Source: Mytilus edulis
Lineage: Eukaryota
Assembly (NCBI RefSeq): GCF_963676685.1
Contig: NC_092344.1
Coordinates: 6,076,001-6,140,000 of the forward strand
Length of the DNA stretch: 64,000 nucleotides
Direction of reading: 5' to 3'
The notes beneath the pieces were generated by a model, which had not been told where the DNA came from, searched no databases, and was given only the letters and a program-made list of their open reading frames with translations. Both the position numbers and the translations under genes were made by a program. Of this stretch, positions 13,048 through 27,072 are shown in pieces (the stretch's first letter is position 1; every line of letters starts with the position of its first letter).

Positions 13048-14061
13048 AATAAATTATAAAACGTGTTGTTTTCCATTTTTTACTACTGTACCAAACAAAA
13101 TAACAATTTATGAAATTACATATCTGTTTACAAGAACACAAATGGTATGGTACTAACATCGGAGACCCTTATAGAAGTATTCCTCATATAGTTGAGTTGT
13201 TTCTCTCGATTTTGGTTTGTAACCCGGATTTGATTCAGAAAAATCGATATATGACTATTTAACAGGGGTAATATACTACTGTTGCCTTTTACTATATATA
13301 ATTTTAAAATTTAATAAATTTTGGTAAACAATGACATTGCATCTTTCTGTACAGGTTGCTAGCAAACATAAATGATTTGTGTAGATCTTTGGACGCATTT
13401 AAATTAAAGTTTATACCAACAAGAAGTTATATTTTATAAATAGACCATATACCTTCTTTGTGATTAAAAATCCCTTACTACTGTTGCCAGTGATCTGTAT
13501 TCCAATATACACTGACTATGGTTTGATCAATGTATACTGTCAAAGGATCTCACACAAAGGATAATTTTGTGTTTCGTTAAGTTGATGTATATAATATTTT
13601 TGACCAGTTTATATCATTTACACTAAAGTGTGAATGACCAAGAGGTTATCAAGGAAGAATCAATACTAGAGCCGATAACCACTGGCTATCAAACTCGGTT
13701 AACAGCAAGCCACTGACTTTATATTTCCTACTGATCTTTATTTCGATATTTTCCTCTATCAATCTTGCTTTTATTCAGTTGCAGAATTAAATTTCAGTAG
13801 GAAAGAATAAACATCATCGCTAAATGTTTTAATATCGAAAATTTGTTGATCGTTACGTTTATTCAATCTATCCAATTCATACTATCCCTATCATGATTAT
13901 TCTCATTGATATTGCGACTTCTGTATTCATAAGCAGGAATACATACACATGTTTGTGTTACCTCCTTTACGATATAACTTTCCACGTCCATGTTTGACCA
14001 GTTTTCTTTATATAGCATGCACTTTCTCTTTGTGATTGGATATATCATATTATGCTATATA

Positions 14062-14240
14062 GTACCAGGATTGTAATTTAGTACGCCAGACACTCGTTTC
14101 GTCTACATAAGACTCATCAGTGACGCTCATATCAAAATATTTATAAAGCCAAACAAGTAAAAAGTTGAAGAGCATTGAGGATAAAAAATTCCAAAAAGTT
14201 GTGCCAAATACGGCTAAGGTAATCTATGCCTGGGATAAAG
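14062..14240 (-). mobile_element. Retrozyme family C fragment with hammerhead at 14083-14126 (stem III palindrome mutated)
   Basis: Near-identical to 62557-62735; core CTGATGA, GAAA and GTC retained. Confidence 0.82.
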
Positions 14241-15439
14241 TGCAATCATTTTTATAATAGATTTAGATGATTTTTACTGAATCAATGGATGAGGTCTAAA
14301 ATAATAACCCCCTTCGATTTGAAAATATTACTAACTTTTTGCTCCCACGATGATTTATATTCGTATATATCATTATACGTCCAGTGGGGGAAATGATCGA
14401 CGAAGCGGGTTTTAAAGACCCCCTAATGTGTATAGTATTGTTTGTTGTCATATCAAATCAACCATTTAATGCAGGTTATTGGGTGAAACAATTTACAAAA
14501 TAGCGTGTATGACAAAATTTAAAACAAATGATTCCTTTGTATTTGCAATGACGTTTTAAAACTTTCATTCTCTAGGCTAATTCATTGGGGGTGTTTTATA
14601 GCTACATATTTACTGACTATTCAAAGTAACGGGTTGACTATTTTCAGAAGATATGCGCAATATTTCTTACATACAATCTAGATATTTCTTAAATGACATA
14701 AGAAAAGGTACTTCTGGAACGATGGAAATCAATTAAACAGCAATCAATCTATCAATAGTTAGATTAGAAACATAACGTATTGGGATATTTACTTTGTTCT
14801 AGATCTACTATTTGCATTTTTCTTCCTTGTAGTTATACTTGTGTTTTCAATGTTCTGACACCTTCTTTTTATATAGATCATCTGCTTGTTGATGCATGCA
14901 TAGCAGAAGCTGATATGCATGTTAATATACATTATGGTTTTTATTTGCTCTGTTGTTTTCGTTGGATTATCGTCTAGACATTTACCTTTTTGAACCTTGC
15001 AGCTATACTATAATATGATCGCGAACAATTATATTGTTTTTTAATAATATTGTTACAACTTAATGGAATTAAGTATATCTGATTTGTTTCATTGACGTCT
15101 ATATTATCATTTGATATACGTACATTAAAAAGTTCGTGATGCTCTTCTTTTGAATTTAAACCTAGATAGCTTGTACAATTTTGAAATTCGTGACATCATC
15201 ATTTCATATATAGGTTATCTGTGTATTGGGTTACATTATCCGAAAACTCATTTTTCATAAACATACACTCAAAAATATTTTGAATAAAGTATGTAAAACT
15301 ATATGAAAAAAACAACCCACTTAGTTCTTAAGTTTTAACGTGCCTAACTAAATCGATACTATTGTTCTGCTCTGTGGTAATATTTCCAACATAACATGAT
15401 TTCAAATAAAAATAATACTGTATACATTCCATGCTTCTG

Positions 15440-15830
15440 CTTATCTGGATTCATCTGGATTTACATTCACCAGGAATGCTCAAACCCAAACCCAAATATT
15501 TTAAAGCCAGAGATGTGTATAAATAAGAATAGTAACATTCGTAGCTTTATGACTAAAATGGCCCTAAAATAATAACCAAATTCATGAAAGGTCAACCTCG
15601 CCTCTTATTAACATGGAATTTTAGATTTAGATGAATGTATTATGATTTATGTCAGTACCAAAGCACTGAACAGTGAGCTGATGATACTTGCGGGGGACTA
15701 ACAGTCCAACCAAGTGCTAACAAATGAAAATAATTAATAAAATATAACACCTTATAAATTTCGTGCATTCGAACCACTTTTCTGCATTCACCTTCACACG
15801 GAAAGCTTAAAGCTAAATATTTGACAGACA
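15440..15830 (-). mobile_element. Old, decayed family D retrozyme monomer with two dead hammerheads
   Basis: Ribozyme remnants near 15470 and 15797; internal match to the 12773-12815 segment at 15648-15690. Confidence 0.65.
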
Positions 15831-18800
15831 GGAATATGACATACATATTTGTTTTTGCTAAAAGTTCGCCTTAAAGAAGAAATCAGTAGCTTTAAATACT
15901 ATAAGATGGGTGATTTGTGTCTTTGGTCATTTTATTAATGGTTTATAAAAAATTTAATCATTAAAATACTGAACTCCGAGGAGAATTCATAAAGAAATTC
16001 CTTATCAAATGGCAAAATCAAAAGCTCAAACACGTCAAACGAAAGGATAACAACTGTCATATTTCGTACTTGGTACAAGCATTTTCTTATGTGCTTCTTT
16101 CCGAACAAACGGTTTGATTGTTTGTTGTGTTTTGTAACATTACTACCTAGGTTAGGTAAAATAGATAAATAAATCATATAATGTATGTGCCCCAGAACTT
16201 TCCTGGAACTATCTTTATCGGGAATGGAAAAACAATGTTTGCAAGCCAGGAATGTATAAATAACCGAGGATTATATAACCAAAAGGGCATACAAGAATAG
16301 CCAACGTTGAACTTTGACTAAGGTAGTTGGTACATTACTTTCTTTATAATCATGGTCATAATTCATTGCATAGTAAACTCATTTCAAAGAAAAGTCTTTG
16401 GATATTTTAGTTTTTTAAGAACCCGGATTTTGTTCAGAAAGTGAAGACGTGAAGAAAAGGTATCATTTAACAAAGTTGTTATTTGAATTTTGGAGTTGCT
16501 TGTTGAGACGGTATTGTCAACTTTGTTATCGGTTTGGCCATTCCGCGATTTTTTACTTATCATCTAATTATGTTCATCTTAACATAAAAAACACATTTGC
16601 AAAGTTTTAAATTTATAGTCCTTCTAATAACGGAGAAAATCAAGTATTTGTAACTTTTTTGGTTGAATTCTCGAGTGGGTCGTGACGTATTAGCCCGATT
16701 TATTGCATTCTGGGAAAAAATAAAATCTGTTTAACTCTTATAGCTTATCGACAATATACGTAATTAAAAGCGCACAGCTGACGAATGGTCGAAGTTATTA
16801 ACCACAATTTAAGAATGAACGAAAGTGAATATGCACATATATACCGTTTTGTATTGATTGAATTAAACTCCTATAAAATTATCTCTAGTAAATGTTTTTG
16901 AATAAATTTAATTAATTATTGTTGAGATTTTTTTCATAAAATATTTATTGAACATTTTTACTGATATTGAACTGAAAATATTTCAATTCTTTTTACCGTT
17001 ATTGTTTTGATAATCATTTCAATGCAACTAATGTGTGAGCAGAGTGTGTATATTATTTTGTAAAGGTCACTGTATATTTCTCGGCTTGAGGTCAATTCGT
17101 TTACCTTGTAGCTATTTAGCCGCAGGTGTGAGTTCAAGCGTACACAGGTATAAATGTTGTTATTTGGAAAGGATAAACAGAAAGAATTAGAAAGAGTATA
17201 TGCTGCCATGATGTTAATACACTAAGATTTAATACACGATGAGAATAAAGATACAATAATTAAATTGTGTAAATTAATTGAAAATAAAATTCTGATTCGT
17301 AATTCCGAAAGTGTATAAAAATAAAAGGAAACAATTTTTGATTACTTTCTTAGCGGCAATTGGCGTGAAGATTCAAATATGAAGCAAAAAATAGTAGTTT
17401 TAATCTTAAATAAAAACTAAATGCAATATTACCCAATTTGATATACCATTGTACATCTGTTTGATATCTTGTACAGATAAACGACAGAATTACCATACAA
17501 GCATTTATAGTCAACACAATCAGAAAGAGTTCCCATCGTTAGACGGGGAATATGAAGGCTTCCAAGAATGAACAAGTGACATGTCTAACTCTGAACAGTT
17601 AGAAAACAGACTATCGACATCGACCGCTTGTTCTTGATATTTGAAACTGTATGCATATATATACGTATACGTTTATGATATAGTGATGAGTTCTTGCGTC
17701 TGACAAAAACTAAATTCCTTCGTGGTTATATCTTGCCATACGTTTATATTGGTTTGTAAGGTGATTACTCAAAATCGTTATTTGAAAATCCTGTTTGTGA
17801 GATGTAGATTCATTTCAATACAGAAATTTCGTCTATATATTTCACAAGTGTATAACACGGAGAAGCTCTGAAGGTTCATTACTCCAATTTTGTTTGGGTG
17901 TGAACCATCGATGTTTACAGCAATATCAAAGAATAAGGTGAAGATGGTAGAAAGAACTATGGGCGTCATGTGGCAAATATTACATGCATATCGGACAATG
18001 AGTTGTCAATCTGTATGAAAAGATTTCCAATACAACTATATTATTGAGAAGGAATGTTTACATGCTATACTCTCGTACTAGTATTACAGGGTTCTTGTGG
18101 CGTTCACCTTAGACACACATCGTTTGAACGATGTTTAAAAAAAGACAGAACCAATTTAATGTCATATTTCCCTATTTTTTAAATATAACTAAATTCTTTT
18201 ATCTGACAAGAATACCCCTATTTAGCGAACAAGTAATTTATTCTTTTTTCTGTTATTGAATACCAAGAAAGAAAATAAATCCCGAAATTAATTTGAAACT
18301 TTGATACTCAAAAGTTTCCCAGCAAAATATTCACATCCCCTGGGGATAATTAGTGTTCGTCCAGTGGCATATATAACAATTGTGATGACGAACTCCTTCC
18401 TTTGTTTGAGAACATCTTATTGAAATATAAATCTGTGATTTTTCTAGGTCCACAGCTTCAATGAACCAAAGCAAAAGTTATACATCGACCTGTATTTAAA
18501 TCAAATTGGTTCTCTTCTTCTTTTGGTATACAAGTGTAGTCTATCGACATTCGATGATTACATAATGTTGGCATACGTGGACTAGTCTATTTTCAACACT
18601 TTTACCCCTATTTATTCAAAATATATGTTTTTTTCTTATGTTCAATGTATACACGTATATATTTTAAATTGCGCTATAGTTCCGTAACTTTCTATCCAGT
18701 CGTATAAACGAATCGTCGGCAAGTGCGTACATTTTTTTAAATCAATATTTCTGGTCTGTTCCAATCTGTCCTTCACTATTGACAATGACTATATATTACA

Positions 18801-19929
18801 TTTTCCCAAATTCACCCTTGGAAAAAATATTTAAATAGATTTTAATTTCATCAAATCTTATTTTTTGGGTATTATTTATATTTTTATGAATTATATTCTT
18901 TACACCAGAAATGTTATTTATAAACAAGCGTATGAGTTTAGTAATGACAAGTAAGACAGAGTTGTATATTATACATCTGATAGTTCAAAATGGAAAGTTA
19001 TAAGTTATCAGCCGTGTACACTGATCAATACCTGCAGAAGTGAAACGATGCATGAACTTGCAAGCCCGACAGGAAATCGCTGGAATACCTGGACGTGTCA
19101 CCTCACACCCCTCACAATACCTTTGGAAGTAATACCTTTAGCCATGCTGGTGATCAGATGAGGGAAGATCAAAATATATTTGAAAAAAGTTTATTACTTT
19201 AAAGAATTATGAACAAATTTGATTTTCGAAAACAATTTTCACGGAACACTTAATTATGATTTCAACTTTGACTTTTCACCTAATTCCAATATCAACAGTT
19301 TAAAAACAACAGACCATGGTATTTTAAAAAAAAGTAAGAATATTTTCCGTATCAAGTTAGTTAGTCGGATTAAACAACCGTACGATTGACAAGATATCGA
19401 CACGCAATTACGACTACATCGGTTACTGTAGTTTTGTTTCTTTGTGGTTTATAGACATATCGTTTTTATTCATCGGGAAAGAAGACAAGATGGCGGATCT
19501 CGGAGAATTGATACTCTAAATTTAAAATCGATGGTGATCGCTTATCTAGCGGAATAAAACTTTAATATCTATGAATTTGAGCATTTTTATACAGAATGAA
19601 CATAATATCAATTTTTGATTTTTTTGCGAAGTTTCCCTTTAACTGTTTTGATTCCAGCATCAGTTGTGAGTTTTCGAAAAAAGGGACGATTTTTTGTTTT
19701 CTATCGCTATTATCATGTATGGACGTTAATGTTTCTTTGCGTCTTACCTTGTTTACATATCCAAACTTGTTCGTTTTGCCAGAGTTCATGCAAGTTTATC
19801 GATCATTTGAATAACGTATTCTCATTTATTTTTAACTTTAAGCTGTTATTAGTCCTTTGGATATTGTTTTCATCAGGTTTGAATATTAATTTTCTTAAAA
19901 CATAACTAATTATTTCTTCAAACACAGTT

Positions 19930-20760
19930 GTTAATGCCTTCGATTCTACGTCCTGTCGATACTTATATTTTGGCATTGCACACGGTCATGATTTCCTAAT
20001 AATGTTTATAACTTCTTTACAGTCTGACCATTATATGTGTACTTATTAGGGTTTGTATTGGACACAAGCTGTTTTTTGTTGTTGTTATTGGTTTGAAATA
20101 ACGTTGTGTACTATGAGTGTTCTCAGATTGGTTATTTGCATGATATTTATTGTTTTTGTTAGTTTTTGGTTTTTCTTTGCATCGATCAGATGAGTCAAAC
20201 TCGATTCATTTTTTTTTTAAAGTTTTTTAATGTTGTCTTGTAACACTACTGTCCCTAGTAGAGAGAGAGGGTTTTGCACCTGTAAACTTGATTTACCCCG
20301 TATGTGCCTTCAAAGTGGGAACCCTGTACTTCAGTAGTTGCCATTTTGTAAATGTTTATCGTATAAAATTGAGAATGGAAATGGGGAATGTGTCAAAGAG
20401 ACAACTCCCGAAAAAGGGCAGGTAACAGCCGAAGGCCACCAATTTCAATGCACGACAAATCCCGCACCCGGAAGCGTGCTTCAAATGGCCCCCAAACAAA
20501 AATATATACTACTTCATTGGTAATGAACGTCATACTAAACGCCGAAATATATAAAAGTAACTAAAATTAAAAAGCATACAAAGGCCACTAATAGAGGCCA
20601 GTTTTTGTATTTTGTTAGTTTGATGTTTTGTACATAAATCAAGCCGTTGATTTACTCTTTTGAATTGGTGTACCGTTTGTTATACCACAGCTACCTTTGT
20701 GTTCGTTCATTGTACAAGGCCCAATATGATCTAAAGTCATACCACATATCCTTATTTCAT
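19930..20760 (+). repeat. Long, diverged family A copy interrupted at about 20360-20590 by another dispersed repeat
   Basis: 5' part matches 25140-25430; core and tail match 39880-40237. Confidence 0.6.
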
Positions 20761-21399
20761 ATGCTTTAATAAACTGAAGAAAAAATTTCATTTATTCACA
20801 ACTAGGCCTTAAAAAGTTATGAAAAGATAGCGAAGACGTAAGTTCATAGGAATAATAGGGATTGTGGTATACCCGACTTTGAGAAAGCGAACCAACGATA
20901 CTAAATAAATATACTGGCGTTAATGATTTAAATTTAAAAAAAAAATGAAAACAAACCGTTATAAGTTTCATGCCTCCGAAAGTTTTTTTTCTGGATTTAC
21001 CTTCACCAAGGTAACCAAGGATGTATAAGAAACGAAACATATCAAGATCTAATTGACCAAATGAGGACTTATATTAATTTCCTATTCAACTCAAGTTCAA
21101 CTTTGAGGGAGTTTAAACGTATCTTTGGTTATACTAAATTGATAAACTCATAAACAGATAATAAAAAACCCGATTGTTTTAAATCATGTCTGTAATGAGG
21201 AACTTTTCATTAGCAATTGTATCACCAAAACTTACATTTCGGTTTGTTATGTCTAAATACGTATAGGGATACATTTATTTTTTCAGGATTTGATTTGTCA
21301 TAAACAATTTCCCCCCTTTTTTTAATTTTTCATCAAATAACAGGATGGCTAGAGTTCCAGGAAAAAAATCACTATAATGGATTTGATTGGTTTTCAAAA

Positions 21400-23460
21400 A
21401 CTTTGATGCTCAATTAAACTTCTCTCTTGTATCATCAAAAACCCAAATATGACTGCTTGCCTACATCTTGTAATATTGCATTTTCCGAATTTTCTTTTGT
21501 CCATTCCTTATCCATTTCTTATCCATTGATATACAGATCCTGTTTATAAGACGATGATTCACCCTCATTGAATGGTGGGATACAAGTATTAACAACAAAC
21601 AATAGCTGAATTCATATTCTCATGACAAAAGATATAAGATTAGTTAGTCATAATGTAGTAGAACAAATATTCAAAATAATATAAATAAATGTTACATATA
21701 TATTAAAAGTTAATCGTATATCGTAAATTATTTTAATTTTTCATTTAATTACCAATTTTCATTAAACATTATTATTATCATTGCTGCTTTACGGTTTTGT
21801 CTTAAAAGATGAGTTCATCGTCATGCTGTATACTTTTCAGTATAAGACATCCTTTATTTATTTATGTAACTTGAAGGCTTTGTTATCATTATCCTGAGTA
21901 CAAAAAGAAGTATAACTTATTTAGGTCATTGCCATTGTTCTACTGAGCAAATTAGCTTGAGTGGTTTTATATTTACATGAACACAAACGTAGATTACAAA
22001 AAGTAAACGGTTTGGATGGAAATTAAATAAACATTTTTGTAAAACTGTAGTTTTTGTTCCTGTGAACACAAAGCATTTAACCTTTATATTAACATTTTCT
22101 TTGGAATCAATAAGGTGACAGTGTCAAAGACCAAAATGGAAACGTTAAATGCGAATCCTAATATAGAATTGGCAACTATGTATAGAAATATTAGTATATT
22201 TGCTTAATTGTCAAATGCTCTAAGAAAGCTGCATTTAGTTTTGCCGTTTGTATGTACTGGGTTTTGTACATTTATAAGTAAGGGATCATAATTTGGATAA
22301 TAATGGTACAGTACACGTCAACAGCTATAGATTGTGCAAATGGTTAAATTAATTACAAATAAATCCAAAAACAACAAAAATATTATTTTCTATTAATTAG
22401 ATACTAATGCATGCATTTGCTCACTCTCAATTTTAGATAAATGTTTTGGTATTTGGATAATTCGACCACAAAAAGTTCTTCTTCCTAGAATCAAATTAAA
22501 CCAAAACATGCCTGTTCGCCTACATCTAATATTACTTCTTATTCCTAATTTCGTTTTGTCCATTCTTTATTCATTAATGTACAGCTCCTGTTTCTGGGAC
22601 GATGATTCACCCTTCATTGAATGATCATATAAAAAATTGGATTAAAGTGCGACAAGCAATAAAAAAAATCACAAAAATACCGAACTCCGAAGAAAATTCA
22701 AAAAGAAAAAGTCGAATTCAAATTCTCATAAAAGAATAAGATAAGAAAAGTTTTGTCAGTATGCAGTACAAAAAAAATATAAAAAATTAAAAATAGCAAG
22801 AAACAAATATTCTTATTTTTTTTTTATTTTTTCCTTGTTTTATTAATCTTAATTAATAATGTTTACCAATACATCTTTAAGTTCGTGTCTTCCCTCTTTT
22901 GAAGGTGGAATTCACCCTTATGCCGCATTTTTTTCAGTAGGAATAGAGATATTCTTAATGTACATCTTTTTACTTGAAGCTTTGTTACTTGTTTCAATCC
23001 AAGGTTTTAGTACCTACAAAGTAACAAATTTCATTATCCTACATACACAAAGGAGTGAAGGGTCATTGCCATTATATTGAATGGCAAATGGCCTCGAGTG
23101 GTCTTTTATTTGTATGGACACAATCGATTACGGAGGGGAAATAATTTAAATAGAACATAAATAAACTTTAACATTTATTTAGACACCTTTTTGGTTTTTA
23201 TTCGTTTGGACTGGATGCATTTGACATTATCATGCTATTTTATTATCATTTTCTTTGGAATCAATAGAGTGATAGCAGTGTCAAAGACCGAAATGGACAT
23301 ACCAACTGCGATTCCGGTTATAGAACTGTCAGTTATATATAGAAATATCAGTATTTGATAAATGCATCTTTTAGTCCTGTCGTTTGTAAATACTGGTTTG
23401 TACTTTTATGATTATGATATTGATGCTGCAGTACACGTTACAACTATTATGTAAATAGTG
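21400..23460 (-). pseudogene. Old tandem duplication (about 1.1-kb unit), possibly a decayed gene pair
   Basis: 21445-21575 matches 22500-22625 and 21868-22340 matches 22972-23455; synonymous changes and a 3-nt indel in one minus-strand frame. The duplication is clear; coding origin is not. Confidence 0.35.
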
Positions 23461-26400
23461 AAATAAATAACAACAGAATGCAAAAATTTAGATTCAATAT
23501 ATCACGTATCAATTATTTGTGGCGAATTAAAATCTGTACATGTAGCACAATATGTTAACATTTAAACTTTTGTTCCTGTATAACCTTAAGGGTTAAACCG
23601 TTTTTCAGTTTTTTCGTGTATTGCATAATATCACCGGTACCGCATGCAGACTTAAGGAATGAATGTTTGTCTAGTTTCATATTGTGTGCATGGTGTGTAT
23701 ATAACATGAACATCCAGTATATGAATAAATCATAATTTCCTTTTTTCTGTTTTTAAAGAACATAAAAGCAAATGATATATCATTCGTTGAACTTGTGTAG
23801 ATATGTTTAACATATCATTCAAAATTTACATGTTAAAATAGTTCTAGTTTGTGTTTAACCCTTGTCGAAAGGTTAATGTAAACATGCATATGAATATCTT
23901 TAATTCTGGTAACCTTCCACACATTAGGTCTATAAGAAAATTACATGTCTGTCTTTATATTTTAGCATTTTTTAATTATTTTTTTTTCATCTCTAAATTC
24001 GATTTTTGATGAGACTATAAATAAAGAAATGATAGTTTTCAGTTTATTAGAAATATTGATATGATTTAAAAAATCAGAATTATAGTGGAATTTTTATGTA
24101 GTTAGCCAAATCATTATATTTTTTTTAAATCATGTATAATGTACCACCTCTGGGACCTGTCTCTTCTCCTTGAAATAGGATTAACATATCCTTTGTAAGG
24201 CAAACGTAGTTAATGACTGTGAAATGGACTGTATAACAAGGTCATACAGTAGATCATTTCATTCACTAAAACCATACAATGGTCATATCATTATGAAATC
24301 ACAGTTCAGTTCAGTGGTTGGTTCTTGTTGGAGTTTAAAGCTAATAGTATTTTACCACTGCAATGAAGTACTGATCGGTAAAGTACATGTTATTTATTGT
24401 GGTATTTCACAGCTGAACTCATTTGTATTACTTAGATAAGATACAATTATAAAGATTATAACTTTAAACTATTTTTTGCCTTTAAAGCAATTTATAAGCA
24501 TTTAGTAAGCGTAGATTGCTGTATGTTAATACCAACTAGTTCGTGATTAGATTACCTGTAAATTGTAAATTGTTATTTTTGATAATATATGGCTTTTTAA
24601 CATTTAGCTGCCAGAATTTCAAATTTCTTTGGACACTAAAATACATTTCTTTTTCAGTGCCTTAAGGCTTCGTGGGTGTTTAAAATTAATCTATTCGTGA
24701 CAGAATAAAAATCACTCATAACGAGCACTGCAATGCGGATACTTCAGTCGTATTTTTCATTGCACATAGGATTAAAAACAATTCCTTTTGTTAATCGTAA
24801 CTTCATATCTTTTTCTAGTATATACGCCTCCGAAAGCAAATACCAAACACTGAGAGTACCTGGTTTTGCCGTAGTAGCTTTCGTATCACACACTGATCAG
24901 TACTTACCTCAAGTATTTCATGATTTATCATTTACAATCAAAAGAAAATGTTGTGTATGGTTAATGTTGATTATGTTTTCTTTGGTCGATTTCTGCTTTT
25001 TTCGCGAAACTCCTTGTAGGTCTTTGGTCATAACAGAAACATTCATTGCAGAAGTCAAAAACCATATGCGTGTTTTGATGGTTTAGACACGCTGATCTAG
25101 ACATTAACATGACTAAATATGTATTGCAATACAGTTATGATCCTAAATTATGTCGATGCTGATAGTTTGGCATGGTACAAGGTCATGTTTTTTCGTCCTG
25201 TTTATGACTTATCCGTTTACTGGTCGATATTTTACATTGGGAAAAAAAGGTTGATATTTATGAGTTGAAATTGACCTTGATCTATTCTTTGGTCGGTAGT
25301 TTGTGACTTTTGTATTTTTGTTAGATATTTGTGTGCTTATTTCGGATCTCTCAAGCCTTTTGATATTTTATTTATTATTTTTGGGTCGTTTTTTGTTTGT
25401 TGCTGTTCTGTTTTATCACTGTCGCTGGTTAAGTTACAAACAACTAAATACTTCATATAAATAATATAAATTTAGTGAAAAAATTAACAAAATTTCAATC
25501 CTGGTATCTAAGATGAGTTAACAAATAACGCTCGAAGCATTATTCTGTATGCAGCTTAACTTTGAACGCAAAATACAAAATCTTTTGAAACCCAGCGATG
25601 AACTATTAAAGTTCATTAAAAGAAAGACCACAATCCCTCTAAACTAAGTCAGCTTTGGCTCAGTTTGTTGAAACCTAAGTTTGTAAAGAGTTTATCGGTT
25701 TATAAATGGGAAAAGGAAGACATGTTTGGTATGAATTATGTTAGTTGCGAAGCACTGACTACTGGGCTAATGATACATACCTTCGGGACTATTGTCCACC
25801 AACAACTAACTTAGTGCTTTAAAATTAAAAAAAAAAACACTTTAAAGATTTTGTGCGTTTAAAGGCATTTTCTGGGTCTACCTTCATCGAGAGCAGTAAA
25901 ACCCAAATATTTTGAAATCAAGATATGTATAAAAGCCTGAGGAGAAAGATGAATAAAAAGGAAATAAAAGAATACAGCCTAAACCATTTAAGGTTGACTT
26001 TACCTTTACTTTATTGCATCAGATGAGCATCTGACTACTAATGTCTCTTTAGTGATAAAGATAGAAAAACATACGGTTGATAAGAGTTGATTTAAACGAA
26101 AAGAAAAAAATGTAGCCAAACCTGGACAGTCAGTGCTTTGTAGGATGGAGATTGGTACTTCAATTCGAATGTTAAAAAATAGCAAATTAAAAAAGTATAT
26201 CTCTATATTACCCTATCAGTACTGATGTACTGATTTATCTAATGGTAGACAAGGTTAGTAACAATCTACCATCATAGATAGAGATATCATAACTAGTAAT
26301 AGTTGTTCTGTATTTCACAATTGATGTATTTTCAGTGATGCTCGAGGCGAAATCTTTTTCGAAACCTTAACGTAAAAATACAAAATTTATTTTTAAAGAA

Positions 26401-26561
26401 ACTAATATAAACTGTTTTATACTGCATTATGTGCTACGTATAATAAAACACTAAAATTAATTTACATACAATCGGTCTTTCTTTCTCTTTTTTCCAAAAG
26501 ATCTTAGTGAGCAAATGTCATATTTTTTTTCGAACACATTTGGATAGGTTAAATAGAATCA

Positions 26562-26758
26562 TTTAGGCATAGATTACCTTAGCTGTATTTGACATAACTT
26601 TTAGGAATTTTGGTCCTTAATGCTTTTCAACTTCGTACTTTATTTGGCCTTTTTAATTTTTTTTGGATTCGAGCGTCACTGATGAGTCTTTTTTAGACGA
26701 AACTCGCGTCTGTCGTATATACAAAATTTAGTCCTGGTATCTATGATGAGTTTATTTA
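26562..26758 (+). mobile_element. Retrozyme family C fragment with near-intact hammerhead at 26673-26716
   Basis: GCGTCA-CTGATGA-GTCT ttttt AGAC-GAAA-CTCGCG-TC-TGTCGT; flanks align with the 62545 copy. Confidence 0.8.
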
Positions 26759-26979
26759 TATAATATAATATATATATTTAGTTGTTCAATGTTGTCACGA
26801 TTACATCCAAGCTCCTTTGTTCTGACAGGGATGATCTAAGCCGGATCACCTCTACCAGATCACCCCAGTTTGAGTTTCTTTGTTATGCATGCTTTCCTTT
26901 GTTCTATAACATTTTGGCGGGAATGTCGAATCCACTATAAAACTTATAATTAGTTATACGGAATAGACTATCAAAATTA

Positions 26980-27072
26980 ACGTAGAAAAAATCCAGTGTA
27001 AATGCTGAGATTCGAACTCACGACCTTTAGTATATCAAGCCATGACACATAACACTACACCAGGACGACTGG
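26980..27072 (-). repeat. tRNA-like Pol III remnant inside a dispersed repeat
   Basis: A-box-like TGGTGTAGTGT, B-box-like AGTTCGAATCT, then a T6 terminator; no proper cloverleaf. Confidence 0.55.

Larger units (their letters stand above)
12622..13083 (+). mobile_element. Complete hammerhead retrozyme, family D: 355-bp monomer flanked by about 105-bp direct repeats, each holding a type I hammerhead
   Basis: Direct repeats 12622-12728 and 12977-13083; both contain stem I - CTGATGA - stem II - GAAA - palindromic stem III - TTC - stem I'. Confidence 0.88.
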
